DNA of 64,000 bases from Geosiphon pyriformis uo1 (lineage: Eukaryota; Fungi; Glomeromycota): the NCBI GenBank assembly GCA_016748015.1, contig JAAOMT010000299.1, positions 781,090 through 845,089 on the forward strand, in the 5' to 3' direction. Position 1 is the stretch's first letter; each line of letters begins with the position of its first letter. The translations under genes and the position numbers were made by a program. The notes beneath the pieces are model-generated. The model had not been told where the DNA came from, did not search any database, and was given only the letters and a program-made list of their open reading frames with translations. Shown in pieces: positions 1 through 13,840 of this stretch.

Positions 1-29
1 TCTCTGCCATATTAATTAGTACATCTATT

Positions 30-425
30 TTACCTATGGATCCAAATATATTTTTTTCTCTTGCTGTAATCCCTAATTTTTTTCTTGTTTCTATTGGCAC
101 TAATTAAGCTATTTTTACCAAAGGTAGAAATATTGCTTGTGTTATTTTTTCATTTGGTTCAATGATATATGGTTTTTCTAAATCATTTTGTAGCATTGCA
201 ATAATATTTCTTACATATTCTGCATTAATTATTCCTCCTTTAATATTAATTTCTTATTTTGTTAATCTAGATCTAGATATTAATTGAACCATTATTGTTG
301 TCAGGATTTCTAATGTTATCTTCAAATCAATACAATGCATATATTAAGCTCCAATATTATGGCATATTTTTTTGGATATCTTAGATCAAATTCTGTATTA
401 GTATTATGCACACATTTTGGCATAA
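30..425 (-). pseudogene. dUTPase domain of element A (degenerate)
   Basis: Minus-strand translation gives the FDLRY, RSRL, GGIINAEY, KITQAIFL and GFGS equivalents, colinear with 18740-19135. Confidence 0.85.
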
Positions 426-1445
426 TATCTTTGTTATTATTACTGAACTATCATAGTTTTTGCTCTATAGAAAGATCTAAGAGCATGATATATTGTTTGG
501 ATTTTAAATTGGAGTTTGAATTGTTATGATCATTGTTATAGTAAATAGAGTTGAAACTATTGTTGTTATCATCATCAGAATTTGAATTAAGATTGAACTT
601 CAATTTCTCTACTGTATACTTGTTGATTGGTTCTTTTTTTTAGAAATTGAATAGATTATACATAATAGTAAATTGTAAATGAGGTCACAATTATCACAAT
701 AATTAAAATCACTGAAAATTAAGCAATATTTACATAGTTTTGTGTTTAGCTGTTCCAAATGTTGCTTTTATTTTTCTCTAGTAGATGCTAAGTCTTAGTA
801 GTGTTTGTGAAATTGTTTTGGATCATTCAGGATATCAAAAAATACATCTAAATTGGGAATCAAAATGGTCTTAACCAGTTTTGGTGGGTTATTTTTGATT
901 ACTAATATTTTGCTGGGTAATGCACTTTTAACTTTAGTACTTGCCATTCACCAAATTTTGTTTTTGTCATGGAAATAGCCATTTAAACATGATATTACTT
1001 GGTTCTATGTGACATTAAAAAATGTTTCTCAGCTTACCCAGTCACTTATTAAAATTATGTATTGACACAATGAATTACATATTTCTTCTCTATTAGGAAT
1101 GTTATTCCATATTCTTTTATTGAGTAGTATTTTACTGCAAGCAAGACATAATTTATTGTTTCACTTTTTTTGTCATTTTGGATAACCAAAATGCTCTTAG
1201 TGGCACAGTTTACAGTAATAATGAGTTTACATTCAGTAATTTTTGTTTGGTGCAATCCAAGCTCCTATGGATAAAAGTTTTTTCTTGTAATTAATACATT
1301 TAAGAAGAATATAGAATGGTTTCTTTTTTGTGTCTACTAAGTACAAAGTGTGCTAACTGTTGACAGTTTCTTTGGTGTCAGTGGTGTTTTGTGGTTTATT
1401 TTTCTCTTTTCCTTTTTTTTTGTCATCCCATAATAGAATTGGTGG

Positions 1446-2420
1446 TGTTACCAGAGGTTTTTGGTCTCTTTTCTTGAATGTTGTAAATGTCTGTTGGTTG
1501 CAAATTCACGTTTTTTAGAAGTAGTTGAACCTCCAATAACTGAATTTATCTTCAAATTATCTCCTATAATTTGAACTGCTGGGCTTATAAGTGGAATGGT
1601 TAATTCTTTGTCAGTTACTTTATGTAGTTACGTTGTAGTAAACATCAACTCTTTCCCAGAAATTGCTCGTCTGGAAGCTTACTAAAAAAATGTGTAGTTA
1701 CTTTGCTGTAAAAGTCAACTCTTCTACAGGAATTTCGTTTGTAGACTACCCTAATGATTGTAATAAGAAAAGAAAAGAAAAATAAAAGAAATGTAAAAGA
1801 AATAGAATTCTGTCAAGGGAAACGTTTTTTATCCAGGCCTGGAGTCACTAACAGTTTACTAAAATTGGTAGCTAATCAATTTCAAAATGTTAGTTGGGTT
1901 CTTGGGGATTTTCCAAGTGCAAATAATTAAAAAATTTGGTTTTTTGAATTATTTGATATTTATTTCTTTTTGTGTGTGTAGGAATGGTTCTAAGTGATAA
2001 AACTAAAGTAAGATACATTTTCTTGAAGAGAAAAGCTCTTCTTTTATACAACTTGTTGTAGTACTAGTCTATGAACTTGCACTTTTTCTTTTTGCTCAAA
2101 TTTCGGCAAACTAAAGATACATTTTGATGAACTACAAGTTATTTCGCTGAATTATTGATTAATTTGGGTGAACTATTCATAATTTCGGCGAATTTCTGTA
2201 AATTTCGGCGAATTTTAGAATGTTACAAAGTTCAGAGTATTGTGTAATTTGATCATCCTACTTTCTGTTATACTAATTAGATTATTTTAATTGAATCGTG
2301 ATATGTGATAATTGATTAAATAATAAATGATAATTTGAAATGATATTAATATACTAATTAATTATAGGAATTATAAGGGTAATTTCATGCTAATTAATAG
2401 CTAAAATTCTACTGGTAACA
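1446..2420 (-). repeat. Solo LTR-like insert (family S1), 975 bp
   Basis: Termini TGTTACCAG...CTGGTAACA, perfect TSD GTGG/GTGG, inverted homologue at 38678-39631. Orientation inferred from a TATAAAAG box (minus strand, ~2041-2048). Confidence 0.88.
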
Positions 2421-4348
2421 GTGGTAATGTATTGTGATTTTTTTTGGCCTATAAGACTTGGTAGACTTCTCAGATAGATTTGTCTTTTTTTTTTTAATTT
2501 TATCAGTAGTTGTAGTTGAGTAATTTGTGATTTAAAATAACCACACATAGCTAGTATTTGTGTGTATTATCTGTTTTGACTGAGCTGTAGCTCTTGAGTG
2601 GTCCAGTCAAGTATAGCATTGGTTTTAAACAGCCAGTCATTACCAACTAATATTTAATATTATGTGGCTTCCATAATAAGAATTTTAATTGGTGCAACAA
2701 TGCCATTAATTTTGAATAGAAAGTTGTCAATCTCACCAATGAGCATTTTTGTTACTCTATTGGTGGTAATAATTCTGATATTAGTAGCATGATCAACTTG
2801 GCAACCTAATTGGTTCATGAGTTATTATGTAATAATATTGTCTATTGACTTATTATTAAGAATTAACTTGATAGAGTGTTCATCAACTTTCATATTGGTG
2901 TATATCATGGTAATTGGTTTTGCTTTAAGGATGGCTCCACTAAATAGAGGTGTTTTGACTGATTCTTCAAATTCAAAAAAGAAGATGGCAGTAAGTAATT
3001 CATTTTCAGTAATAGTTGTTAGTAGAATATTGTTAATGAGTAGCTGGATTTAATTAGATTCTTGTTTGTTGAGTTGGGTATTTTTTGGGATAACTAGAAG
3101 ACTTAAATAGTTCTGGGAATTTGGGTTTTGGTAATATTCAGTTCTCAAACTTCACTGGTGTAATCTTGATAGTTGACTTGATAAATTGGAGATTAATTGA
3201 TGCATGATTATTGCCAATCTCCAGTTTTGTTGAGTATAAATAATTCTCAGTTTCTGGTTTTTAAATTTCATTTGAGCTGAGTTTTGTGGTGGTGTTTAAA
3301 ATGATTGGGGTTAATAAATAATCTGTGACTGCAGTTAATATATTACTGGTGCTAAAGACTAATAAATAAGCAGTAAGTATATTGCTTGTTGTATTATTGG
3401 GACAGAATAAGGTTGATATAATTCTTGACTTGATTAATAATTCAAAGTTTGAAATTGACAATTAGAGTTTTAATATTGATTTTTTGATTGTTGATTATTA
3501 ATTTTGATATGGCAATTAACTCTTATATAACTTTGTTTACCATAATTATAACAGATATGTATTTTTTATAGTCATGATTGATGAGTTAATAATAAAAAGA
3601 GATATGACTAATTAAAGGTTTTTTAATTGTTATAATGTTATGAAGATTAATATATTGCTTAATTATTAGCTAAGTATTTTTCCAATTTCTGGTTAATAGA
3701 ATTACTGAATTGTTTCAATTTGGAGTTCAAGTCAGATGATTTATTTATTACTAGATTTATGACTTGAACATGGTTGGTTTTTAGCTTGGCCAATTCAAAA
3801 TTTTTGGCATAGATAACTGTATTTTAGAGTGTTTGTAGATATAATAGACATATATATTGTAAAATGCTACTACATAGGCCATGGATAAACTGGTTTAGAA
3901 TCTGTGGCTTTGTAAAGTAATTCACATTAATTGCTTGTATTTAGCACAGATTTTTATAAAAGTGTTCTAGATAAGTAGTGACTGCTTCTATGTTGTCTTG
4001 TTTAATGGTAGTAAATACTGTTAATGCTGTTGTTATTGTCAAAATATCTCAAAAATTCGGTTTTAAACTCATTAAAGATAACAAATTAGTTGATCAGATT
4101 TTGATATCATAAATTGGTAATATCTTGTAAAAAGTATGTGATAGCTTGTAGAGCTCTGGCATTATTTTAATTATTAGCAGTAATAGTTTTGACAATGTTA
4201 TTAAGCCAAACTTGGACATTGTTTTCTTCACCAGTAAATTTTTCTAACTTGACAATAAAAACATATGCAATCAATACTATTATTGGTTGTTGTTGTAATT
4301 GTGATTAAAGTTGTTGTTAGAGTAATTGTAATTGTTGTTGAGATTTGG

Positions 4349-5203
4349 TGTTACAAGTAATTATTTGGAATCTCAAATCAAATAACAAACCCATAACTTG
4401 GTACTTAATAGCTGATATTGTTGGTATTATTTAAAAGTTTTGGTATTTGAAGATTTTGGTTGAGTTCTTTGTATAATAAACAGAAATTCAAGTATTGTTT
4501 TCTCTGTAGCTTTTCAGAATCACAATTTCATCAAATTTTTTTCTAAGTGTGCTGGCTGACAATCCTTCTGGTAAGCTATTTTCAATAATGAGTGTTCTAC
4601 TCTTATTTTTGGGTCTTTTACCAATGCTATATCCTAATGTTAATATTTTCATGTATTAATTAATTTAGTAAACAAAACAAATAGAAAAGAAAATAAAAAA
4701 AATAAAAAAATAAGCCAAGGCAATAAAAAGTTAGTATCTTATCAATAACTATAATCAAGAGTTATTGGTCCAGTATGATTAAGTATTAAATATTATCAAC
4801 ATGGGATATTAATAATAGGAAGATAAATTTAAATAGTGAATACTTATTTTATTAATATTAATAATTATTAACTAAAGATTTTTGGAGTTAATTCTAATTA
4901 AGATGTTTTTACTATCAGATCTGGTTTTTTTGCTTTTAATACTCTTACTATATATATATATTTTGAATTCTATAAAATCACTCATATTCTTAAGTAATGT
5001 GCTATCATTTTTCAAGCAATGCTTACATTGCTGAGCAATGTGCCATGATTTTTTGACAATGCTCTACATTATTGAGCAATATGCCATAATTCCTAATAAT
5101 GCTTCATATTGCTGAACAATGTGCTTATGTGTTAATTACTAGTCTTTTATTGGTTTATTTGTTTTTTTTACTATTTTCTTGTATGTTTTTTCTATAAATA
5201 ATA
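4349..5203 (-). repeat. 3' LTR of B
   Basis: Starts TGTTACA, is colinear with 31273-32081, and abuts the reverse-complement polypurine tract. Confidence 0.9.
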
Positions 5204-5218
5204 TTATCTCTTTCTTTT

Positions 5219-5855
5219 AATATTGAGCTCTGTCAAAATTTTTATTTTGAATTAGTTCCATAACTTTTCTTTCTAGTACTGTTTGTTTAACTCTGTTTCT
5301 TATATCTTTGATTTACAAGTTGTTCATTTTTCTCCATTGGTTAATAGTTATTGTTTTTATGTCTGGGTGTAGCAATATTTCTGGGTAGTTTTAAAAGATT
5401 GTATATAGTTGATAGATTGTTTTAATATGTAGTGTTAAATTTGTTTTCTTTTTAATAATGTCTTTGATGTTATGTATTATTTTTTGATTAAATATTTTTT
5501 TAAATTTATCAAGATATAACTTCTGAATATTCAACTTTTGTCCCAATTAATAATAGCAGTATGATATTGGAAGTTGTTTTACTGTTTTTAATTTTCTTTT
5601 GAAGGTTTTTTTGTTGGAGCCATGATGAGTATTTTCCCAAAAGTGTTCTTTACTTTTTTAATTATTTTATTCAACTAGTGTTTTGTTTGGTTTTGAAGTT
5701 ACTAATATAATGTATTCTTTGTTTTTCTTTCTTGTTTAGTGTTCCAATAGCAAATTGTTTGGTGGCTAATGACAATTTTTATGTTTAATTGTTGTTAATT
5801 TAAGGCCTAAAATAATTGTTGAGCTAAAGTGTAGATATAATCTAGTATTTCCATT
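5219..5855 (-). pseudogene. ORF3 of B (unknown function)
   Basis: Homologous to 22509-23138 (QKLNIQKLYLDK and PEILLHP motifs); ends at the PPT. Confidence 0.75.
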
Positions 5856-5914
5856 TTTTTTGTTGCTTTTGTTATATATACTATGTCTTTATATACTTTT
5901 TTGGTCAATTAACT

Positions 5915-7291
5915 TAACATATTTGAATCAATGATTATGATTGATTTCAAATCTTATGAAATCTCATCTGGTTAGACCAGTATTCATTGTATTTCTAGTT
6001 GTAAAATATTATTGGTAAATAATGATAGTATATTGTAATATGATTTCAATCAATCTTTATGTATTGCTTTAGTTAAGATTTTGTTGTCTTATTTTAGTTT
6101 GTAAGCTCTATTTCCTAGAATTTTTTTAATGTGAAATGGTCTATCTCATTTGGGGTCAAATTTTTTACTCTATTGTTTTTCTACTTTAATGCTATATAAG
6201 AGTACTTTGTTTCTAATTCTGAATTCAATTGGTTTATCTGGTAATTGGTTATCATGTCATTCTTTTTGTTTTTTTTGTAACTTCTGAATGTTATTAGCTG
6301 CTCTCCTTTGTTTGTTTTCTAGAGTTTCTATTAAGTCATATGTTTTTCTCAACAATGTGTTTTGAAAATTGTCTTCTGTTATTAGTTCTATTGAATATGT
6401 ATTGACTTCTATCTTAATTGGTAATATTGCTGTTCTACCATATACTAATTTGAATGGTGTTGCTTGTGTAGTCTCTTGCTTCATTGTCTAATAAGCAAAT
6501 AGTATTGATAATATAAACAAATCTCATTTGTCTTGGTTTTTCTGACTGATTTTGACAATTGCTTTACACAATGTTTTGTTGAATCTTTTCATTAAACTAT
6601 TTATTTGTAAATGATATGGTGATAATAATGGTCTCTTGATTTCAAATTTTTGGCTTAATTCTGCTAATATTCTATTTACAAAATAAGTTCTTTGATCTAA
6701 TAACAATTTTTTTAGATATTTATGTCAATAAATCAAGTCTTGATAAATGAATTCAGCTATGAATTTTCCATTTGCTCTTTGGATTGCTTTTGCTTCTGGC
6801 CATTTGGTAAGATAGTTCATGGCTACTGCTATATAACAATTGCTTCTGCTGGTTATTTTTAATGATCTAACTAAATTAATTTCAATTCTATCAAATAGTT
6901 GTCTTACTTTAATTGGTCTTAGTAATTTGCTGAGTCTTATTCCTTCTTTTTTTTGACAAGTATCACAATTTTGAACATATTAAATAATGTCTGGATACAT
7001 TGATGGCCAGTAATATCTCTTTCTGGTTCTTTTCATAATTGTTTCTTTATAAAAATGTCCTGTTGTTGGATCTGAGTACATGTTGTATAATATTGTTTCT
7101 TTCTCTAATTCTGTAATTACTCTGAATAGTTGATTTGAATCTTTTCTGTTTTTCTAATATAGTATATTTTGGTAAGTAATAAAATACTTTGATTGTTGTT
7201 TTATGTTGTTTTATTTTTTTTAAGATAATTTTTTCTTGAACTGCTGAATATCAATATAGTGTTGAAGTTGTTTATATTTTTGTGTGTTTAT
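5915..7291 (-). pseudogene. Integrase ORF of B
   Basis: ORF fragments LLDQRTYFVN, PYHLQINSLMKRFNKTL and TPFKLVYGR; HHCC remnant near 6955-7080. Confidence 0.9.
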
Positions 7292-7321
7292 CTTTTGTTA
7301 TATTTTTGGGTTGAAATATTC

Positions 7322-10300
7322 TTAGATTTGTTTTATTTGTAACAAATCATCAGCATTTCTATTTTCTTTTCCCTTTTTGTAATGTACAGTATATTTGAAT
7401 GATGAAAGTTTTATTTTCCATCTAACATAATAGTTATCTCCAAATTTTTACTTCTGAATTGATGTTAATCTTTTGTAATTAGTGTATATTTCGAATTTCT
7501 GGCTTAAATATTCTTTCTATTTCATAACTGCCCAATAGATAACTAAGTATTTTAGTGCTGGTGTTCTATAATTCTTTTTTGTTGAACTCAAACTTCAACT
7601 GGTATATGCTACTGGATGTTCTTATTCATCCAGTTTTTTCTGAGATAATACAGCTCTTAATGTTTGACCAGATGTATTAGTAGTAATAATAAATAGCTTA
7701 CTGTGTTCTGGATAAATTAATACTAGTGCTTAAATAAGCTTTCTTCTTAGAATGTTGAAAGCTTTTTGCTGAGCTTTAGTTTATTTATATTTCACATTTT
7801 TAGTTTGAAGTTGGTAAAGTGGTTGAGCCAGTTTGAAGAAGTTCTGGATAAAGTAGCAATAATATCCAGCAAATCCTAAAAATGCTCTTAATTTGGTAAG
7901 ATTTGTTGGTACCAGAAAGTTTTTGACAATTTTAATCTTGTCTGGATCTATCTTGATGTTGTCTTTGCTTACAATATGTTCCAAGAATTTCAGTTCTGTT
8001 TTGCCAAAGAAGTATTTGTTTGCATTCAGTTTCAATTTAGCTTTTTTTAGCCTTTTAAACACTTGCTGTAGATGGTGAAGATAGTTGTCAAATGTTTTTG
8101 AGAATATATTGATATTATTCAAGTAGACAACTACTGATTTTCATAGTAATTTAGTATAAGCCATTGGAAGATGGCTGGCATATTGGTTAAGCCAAATAGC
8201 ATAATTTCAAATTCAAAATTTTCTTCTTTGGTAGTAAACATAGTTTTTTTTTTGTTAACTGAATTCATGGCTACTTGCCAATAACCACTATCTAGATCCA
8301 GTATTAAGAACTATTTCTTTTTTTCAAATGTATTAAATAATTTTTGAATTTGTGAAGTTGAATAACTGTCTCCATAAGTAATACTATTAAGTTTTCTGTA
8401 ATCTACACAAAAGTGAATTTTCTCATTTTTCTAATGAACTAGTATTATTGATGATGACCATAGACTCATTGATAATTGAATTAATCTGTTGTCTAACATT
8501 TGGTTAATTTTCTGTCAAATAATTTTATGGCTTATTAGTAGTACTTTGTATGTTTTTTGTTTAATTGGCATTGTATCTTTAATCTTAATTTGGTGCTAAA
8601 TAATGTCAGTTCTTCCAAATTTATTTTTACTAACAAAGATATCAGTAAAATTGTTAAGTAGTATTTTGAGCTGTATATATTAAAGTAAGTCTAGATTTCT
8701 CAAGTTCATTTGTTCTAATTGTTCTGGTTAGAGCAAATAACATTTTTCTCATTTGTATATTGTTTGTAATGTAATATTCACATATCCACACAGTTGTGGA
8801 AAATCTGAAATAGTGCTTGGTGGTTGGTTTTTAACTTAGTGCTTAAGTATTCAATAGTGGTTCTTTTTTGTATTTCAATGGGGTTTTTAGTTGTATTGTA
8901 AATGGGAATTTTGATGTATTTATGACTTTTAGCTAGTATATAAAGATTTATGATTACAATTTTTTTTGACTTACAAATACTTGGTTCTGCCTCAAAAATT
9001 TGGGACTGATCTTTTTTTTTCTTTCTATGATTACTAAATACTAGTTATATAGTGGAATGAAAATTGATTAATGGGTAGAGATAATTTCTCCCTTGTCAAT
9101 AACTTCTTTTTTTGCCATATTAATTAGTATGTTTATTCTACTTGTGGATTCAAATTCACTTATTCCTTTTGCTGTTATTTTTAATTCTTCTCTTTTTCTC
9201 ATTAATACTAGCTGAATTATTTTAACCAGAGACAGAAATATTGCCTGTGCTATTTTTTTATTTGGCTTAATAATATAAGCCTTTTTTGAGTCATTTTGTA
9301 ACATTGTAATAATATTTCCTACATATTCTGTATCAATTATTCCTCCTCTTATATTAATCTCTTTTTACACTAAACTACTCCTAGATGTTAGTTGAATCAT
9401 TGTTGTTGCTAAAATTTCCAATGCTACTTTCAAATCAATACAGGTGCATGAATGTGGTTTCAATTTAATGGCATTTTTTCTTAAATATCTTAAATCAAAT
9501 TCTGTATTGGTATTATGTATTTGTTCTGACATAATATTTTCATTATTATTGCTGAACCATTTGAGTTCTTGCTCTTTGGACAGATCAAAGAGTGTGATAT
9601 ATTGTTCTGAGTTTAAATTAGAGTTTGATTTATTGTTGTTAATGTTGCTATTTTGGACTGAACTAAAACTATTGTTTTTGTTGTTATCATTAAAGTTTAA
9701 ATTGAGATTGAATTTTGATTCTGATTTTAATACACAATTGCTAATTGGTTTTTTTTTTCTGAAATCATGTAGATTATGCATGATGGATAAATTGTAAATG
9801 AATTTATACTCATTACAATATTAAAAATCACATGAAATTAAACAGTAGTTATATAGTTGGGTGTTTAGTTGTTCTAAAAATTGCTTTTGTTCTTCTCTGG
9901 TAGGTGCTAAGTTTTAATAGTGTTCATAGAATTGTTCTGAATTTATAGTGTCAAAGACAATATTGGGTTTGGGTTCTAACAGATTATTTTTAATTTCTCT
10001 TATTTTTTTAGTTGATGTGCCTTCAATTTTGGTGAGAGCCATTTGTTAGATTTTATTGTTATTATGTAAACAACTGTCCAAATGTTTTATAGCTCTTCTC
10101 CAGACAGTGTCTATAAGCATTCCTTTTCTTACTTAGTTGCTGATCAGAATTGTGTATTAACATGATTTATTACACATTTTTCCACAACCAGAAATGTCAT
10201 TCCACATTTCTTTGTTTAAAAAAGTTTTCTTACATGCAAGACATGATTTATTGTCCTATTTTTCTTGTTTTTTTGGTCATTCAAAGCATTCAAGAATGCA

Positions 10301-11648
10301 TGAATGGTAGTAGTATTTAGTGGTCATTGGTCATTCTTTATTATTACTATAACATACATCCATTGTGGACAATTTCTTGACACAATTGACACAGATCATT
10401 TTGGGTCTATGATAGTAAGTTTGGAATATAATAGTATATAGTATGTATATAAATATAATGGCTTATATGAGATTTTTTTCTCTTTTTTTTCTTCTTTCAA
10501 GTCAGTATTAGTGGTAACTTATTGTGTTCTTTTTCATCAGCCCATGAAACTTGGTAGGCTTCCCAAGTAGATTTTTTTTCTTTTTTCTTGAACTTAATTA
10601 ACAGTATTGATGTATTGATAGTCCTAAAGTAATCGCAGATTGCTGATACCTGAATATGTTAACTATTAACTGTCAACTGGAGTTTTTGAATGTTCCAGTC
10701 GAGCATGACATTGGTTTTGAACAGCTAGTTATTATTAATAAAAGCTTGATATTGGGTGGCTTTTATCATCAATAGCTTGATCATAGTGTTAATACTATTA
10801 ACTTTGAATAAAAAGTTATCAATCTTACCAATAGAGATTTTAGTTATTTTGTTAGCTATAATAATTTTGGCACTAGCAGTATAATCAACTCAGTAACTTA
10901 ATTGGTCCATGAATTGTTGGATAATAATGCTGCCTACTAAACCACTGTCTAGAATCAGTTTGATGAACTGACCATCAACTTTAACATTAGTGTATATTGT
11001 GGTAATTGGTTTTATATAAAGGATGGCTCTACTGAATAAAAGAGTTTTTAATGGTTTTTCAAATTCAAAAAGAAAGCTGGTGGCCAATGATTTATTCTCA
11101 GTGATAATAGCTGAAGGTATGTTATTGGGAAGTAGTTGAGTTTAATTGGATTTCTGTTTGCTGAGTTCAGTGTCTTCTGGAGTAACCAAAAGACTTAAGT
11201 AGTTCTGGAAATTTGGGTTTTGGTTGTATTCAGTTCCCAAACTCTACTGGCAAGATTCTAATAGCTGACTTGATAAACTGAAAATTGGTTGATACATTAT
11301 TATTGTCAATCTCCTATTTTGATGTATGTGTAATTCTCAGTCTTTGGTTTCCAGATAACATCTAAGCTGTGTTTTGTAACAGTGCTAGAATAGATTGGAG
11401 TTGATAAAGTACTGGTAACTATGGTTAATAAATGACTGGGACTGAGGTTTGATAGATTGGAGATATGTATAGTAATTGTTGCATTATTTGCAGGTAATAG
11501 GATTGATATTGATCTTGATTTGGTGAATAATTTGAAGTTTAAAACTGGCAATTGGGGTTTCAATATTGATTTCTTGATTATTGGTGGGTTAATTTTAATC
11601 AACAATCTATTTTTATGTGTTCTTGTTTACCACAATAGTGGCAAATGT
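7322..11648 (-). pseudogene. Gag C-terminal part-protease-Cys-rich-dUTPase-RT-RNase H of B
   Basis: LILDSGLVGSII (10890-11087), FDLRY...LTSRSSL (9365-9781), KKIAQAIF (9068-9304), RT thumb LRAFLGFAGYY (7781-8122). Confidence 0.9.
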
Positions 11649-12528
11649 TGTTATAAATAATTATTTGGGATCTTAAATCAAATAACAAATTCATAACTTG
11701 GTGCTCAATTGATTTAATAATGTTGGTTTCTGAAAGTTGTTTATATCTGAATGTCTTAAAGGTCTGAAAGTTTTTGTTAAGTTCTTTGTATAATAGACAG
11801 AAATTTAATAGTGTTTTAGTAGCTTTTCAGAATCACAATTCTGCCAATTTTTTTTTCAGTGTGGTGGCCAGTAATCTGGCAGAGATGTCTTTCTGGTAAG
11901 CTATCTTTAAATTATCACTCTTTATACTCTTTCTTTGGAGTCTTTTACCAGACTATTTTTGATGTCAATAACTTAGCACTTTACTCTTTAATTAGTTAGT
12001 TAACAACAAAAAATAACAAATAACATAAAAAAAAAATAAAAAAAAATAAAAAAATAAGCCAAGACAATAAATGTTAATATCTTGTTAATAGCCATAATCA
12101 AAAGCTATTGTTCCAGTGAGGTTTTAAGTATCAATTACTATTAACATAAAGAGTTGATAGTAAAAAGTAGATTTGAAATAGTAAATAATTATTTATTTAA
12201 TATTTGTAATATAGAAGATTGCTTAAATAAAATCTAAACTGAGAGGTCTGTCTTTTTTTTTTCTAATGCTACCACTATATATACATAATTGAGATTCCTC
12301 AATTCCTTGATTTTTCATGTCAGAAATCTTAGAATTTCTGGAATCCTATAATTCTTCTTGAGAGAAATCTTGGAATTCTGGAATCCTGTGATTTCTTATA
12401 TGAGAATTCTGAAATTCTTGGAATTCTGCAATTCTTCTGAGAGAAATCCTGGAATTCCATATTTACTATGGCTATTTCTGATTGGCTAGTTTATATGCTA
12501 ATATATTTCTTATATTCTATAAGTAACA
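11649..12528 (-). repeat. 3' LTR of D
   Basis: TGTTAT...GTAACA termini; matches 28723-29602. Confidence 0.9.
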
Positions 12529-12963
12529 TTATTCTCTCTTTTTAATATTGAGCTCCATCGAGATTTCCTAATTCTAATTCTTTATCTTTGAGTATTTTTG
12601 AACTTTTTTTTCAAAAATTACTTGTGTTATCTTGTTCTATAACTCTTCAAATTGGGCATTGGTTATTTTTCCTATTTGGTTAATGGTAATAAAGTCCATT
12701 ACTGGATTGAGTAAGATTTCTAATTGATTTTAAAATCCAGTATGTAACCAATAAATGGCTTTTGTTTGTGTAATCAAATTGTTTTTTTCAGCTGGACTTA
12801 AGCTGTGGTTAGTATATACTACTGGGTGTTCTCTTTCATCTGGTTTTTTCTGAAATAGTACTGCTTTTAATGCTTGACCAGATGTATTAGTGATAATGAT
12901 AAATGGTTTGTTGTGGTCTGGATAGATTAATACTAAAGCTTGAATAAGTTTTTTTCTTAGTAT

Positions 12964-13821
12964 TGTTACTTATAGAATATAAGAAGTATATTAGCATATA
13001 AATTAGCCAATCAGAAGTAGCCATAGTAAATAAGGAATTCCAGGATTCTTTTCAAAGGAATTGCAGAATTCCAGGAATTTTAGGATTCTCATACAAGGAA
13101 TCACATAATTCCAGAATTTCAGAATTCCTTTCAAAAGAATTGCAAAATTTCAGAAATCCCAAAATTCTTGGTGTAAAGAATTAAGGAATTAAGAAATCTT
13201 AATTATGTATATATATTGATAGCATTAAAAGTAGAAAAAGACAGACCTCTCAGTTTAGATTTGATCTAAGCAATCTTTCACATTACAAATATTAAATAAA
13301 TAATTATTTACTATCTTAAATTTATTCTTTATTATCAATACTTTATGTTGATAATAATTGATACTTAATCATACTGAAACAATAGCTTTTGATTACAGTT
13401 ATTAACAGAATATTAACTTTATTGCCTTGGCTTATTTCTTTATTTTCTTTTATTTTTTTTATTTTATTTTTTGTTATTTCTTTTTATTGTGTACTAATTG
13501 ATTAAAAGATTAAAGCACTGAGTTATTGACATCAAAAATTGCCTGGTAAAAGATCCTTGCAAGTGTGTAGAGCACATAAAAAAATTATGGATTACTTACC
13601 AGAAAAGTACTGGCCATCAAGCTGAAAAAAAAAATTGACAGAATTGCAATTCTGAGAAGCTATGGATAAACAACTATTGAATCTCTGTCTATTATACAAA
13701 AGACTTAATCAAAACCTTCAGATAACAACATCTTCAAATTACCATCATCGCAAATAGTTTCTGAGCACCAAGTTATGGGTTTTATTATTTGATTTGAGAT
13801 CCCAAATAATCATTTGTAACA
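12964..13821 (+). repeat. 5' LTR of C
   Basis: TGTTAC...TGTAACA, 858 bp; partner at 23152-24010. Confidence 0.95.
13003..13216 (+). promoter_or_regulatory. Putative U3 promoter: CCAAT box, GGAATTCC-based repeat array, TATA box
   Basis: TTAGCCAATCAGA at ~13003-13015, repeats ~13032-13195 and TATGTATATATA ~13204-13215. The same order is seen in related LTRs. Confidence 0.6.
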
Positions 13822-13823
13822 TT

Positions 13824-13840
13824 TGGTGCTTTCTGTAAGA
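13824..13840 (+). other. Primer-binding site of C
   Basis: TGG-initiated, 2 nt after the LTR end; matches the intact version TGGTGCTTTCTGTGAGG at 56485. Confidence 0.85.

Noticed and set aside
13030-13200. Regularly spaced GGAATTCC/GAATTGCAG repeats resembling a CRISPR array
   Set aside because: No unique spacers and no cas genes; they recur inside each LTR as U3 repeats in eukaryotic DNA.
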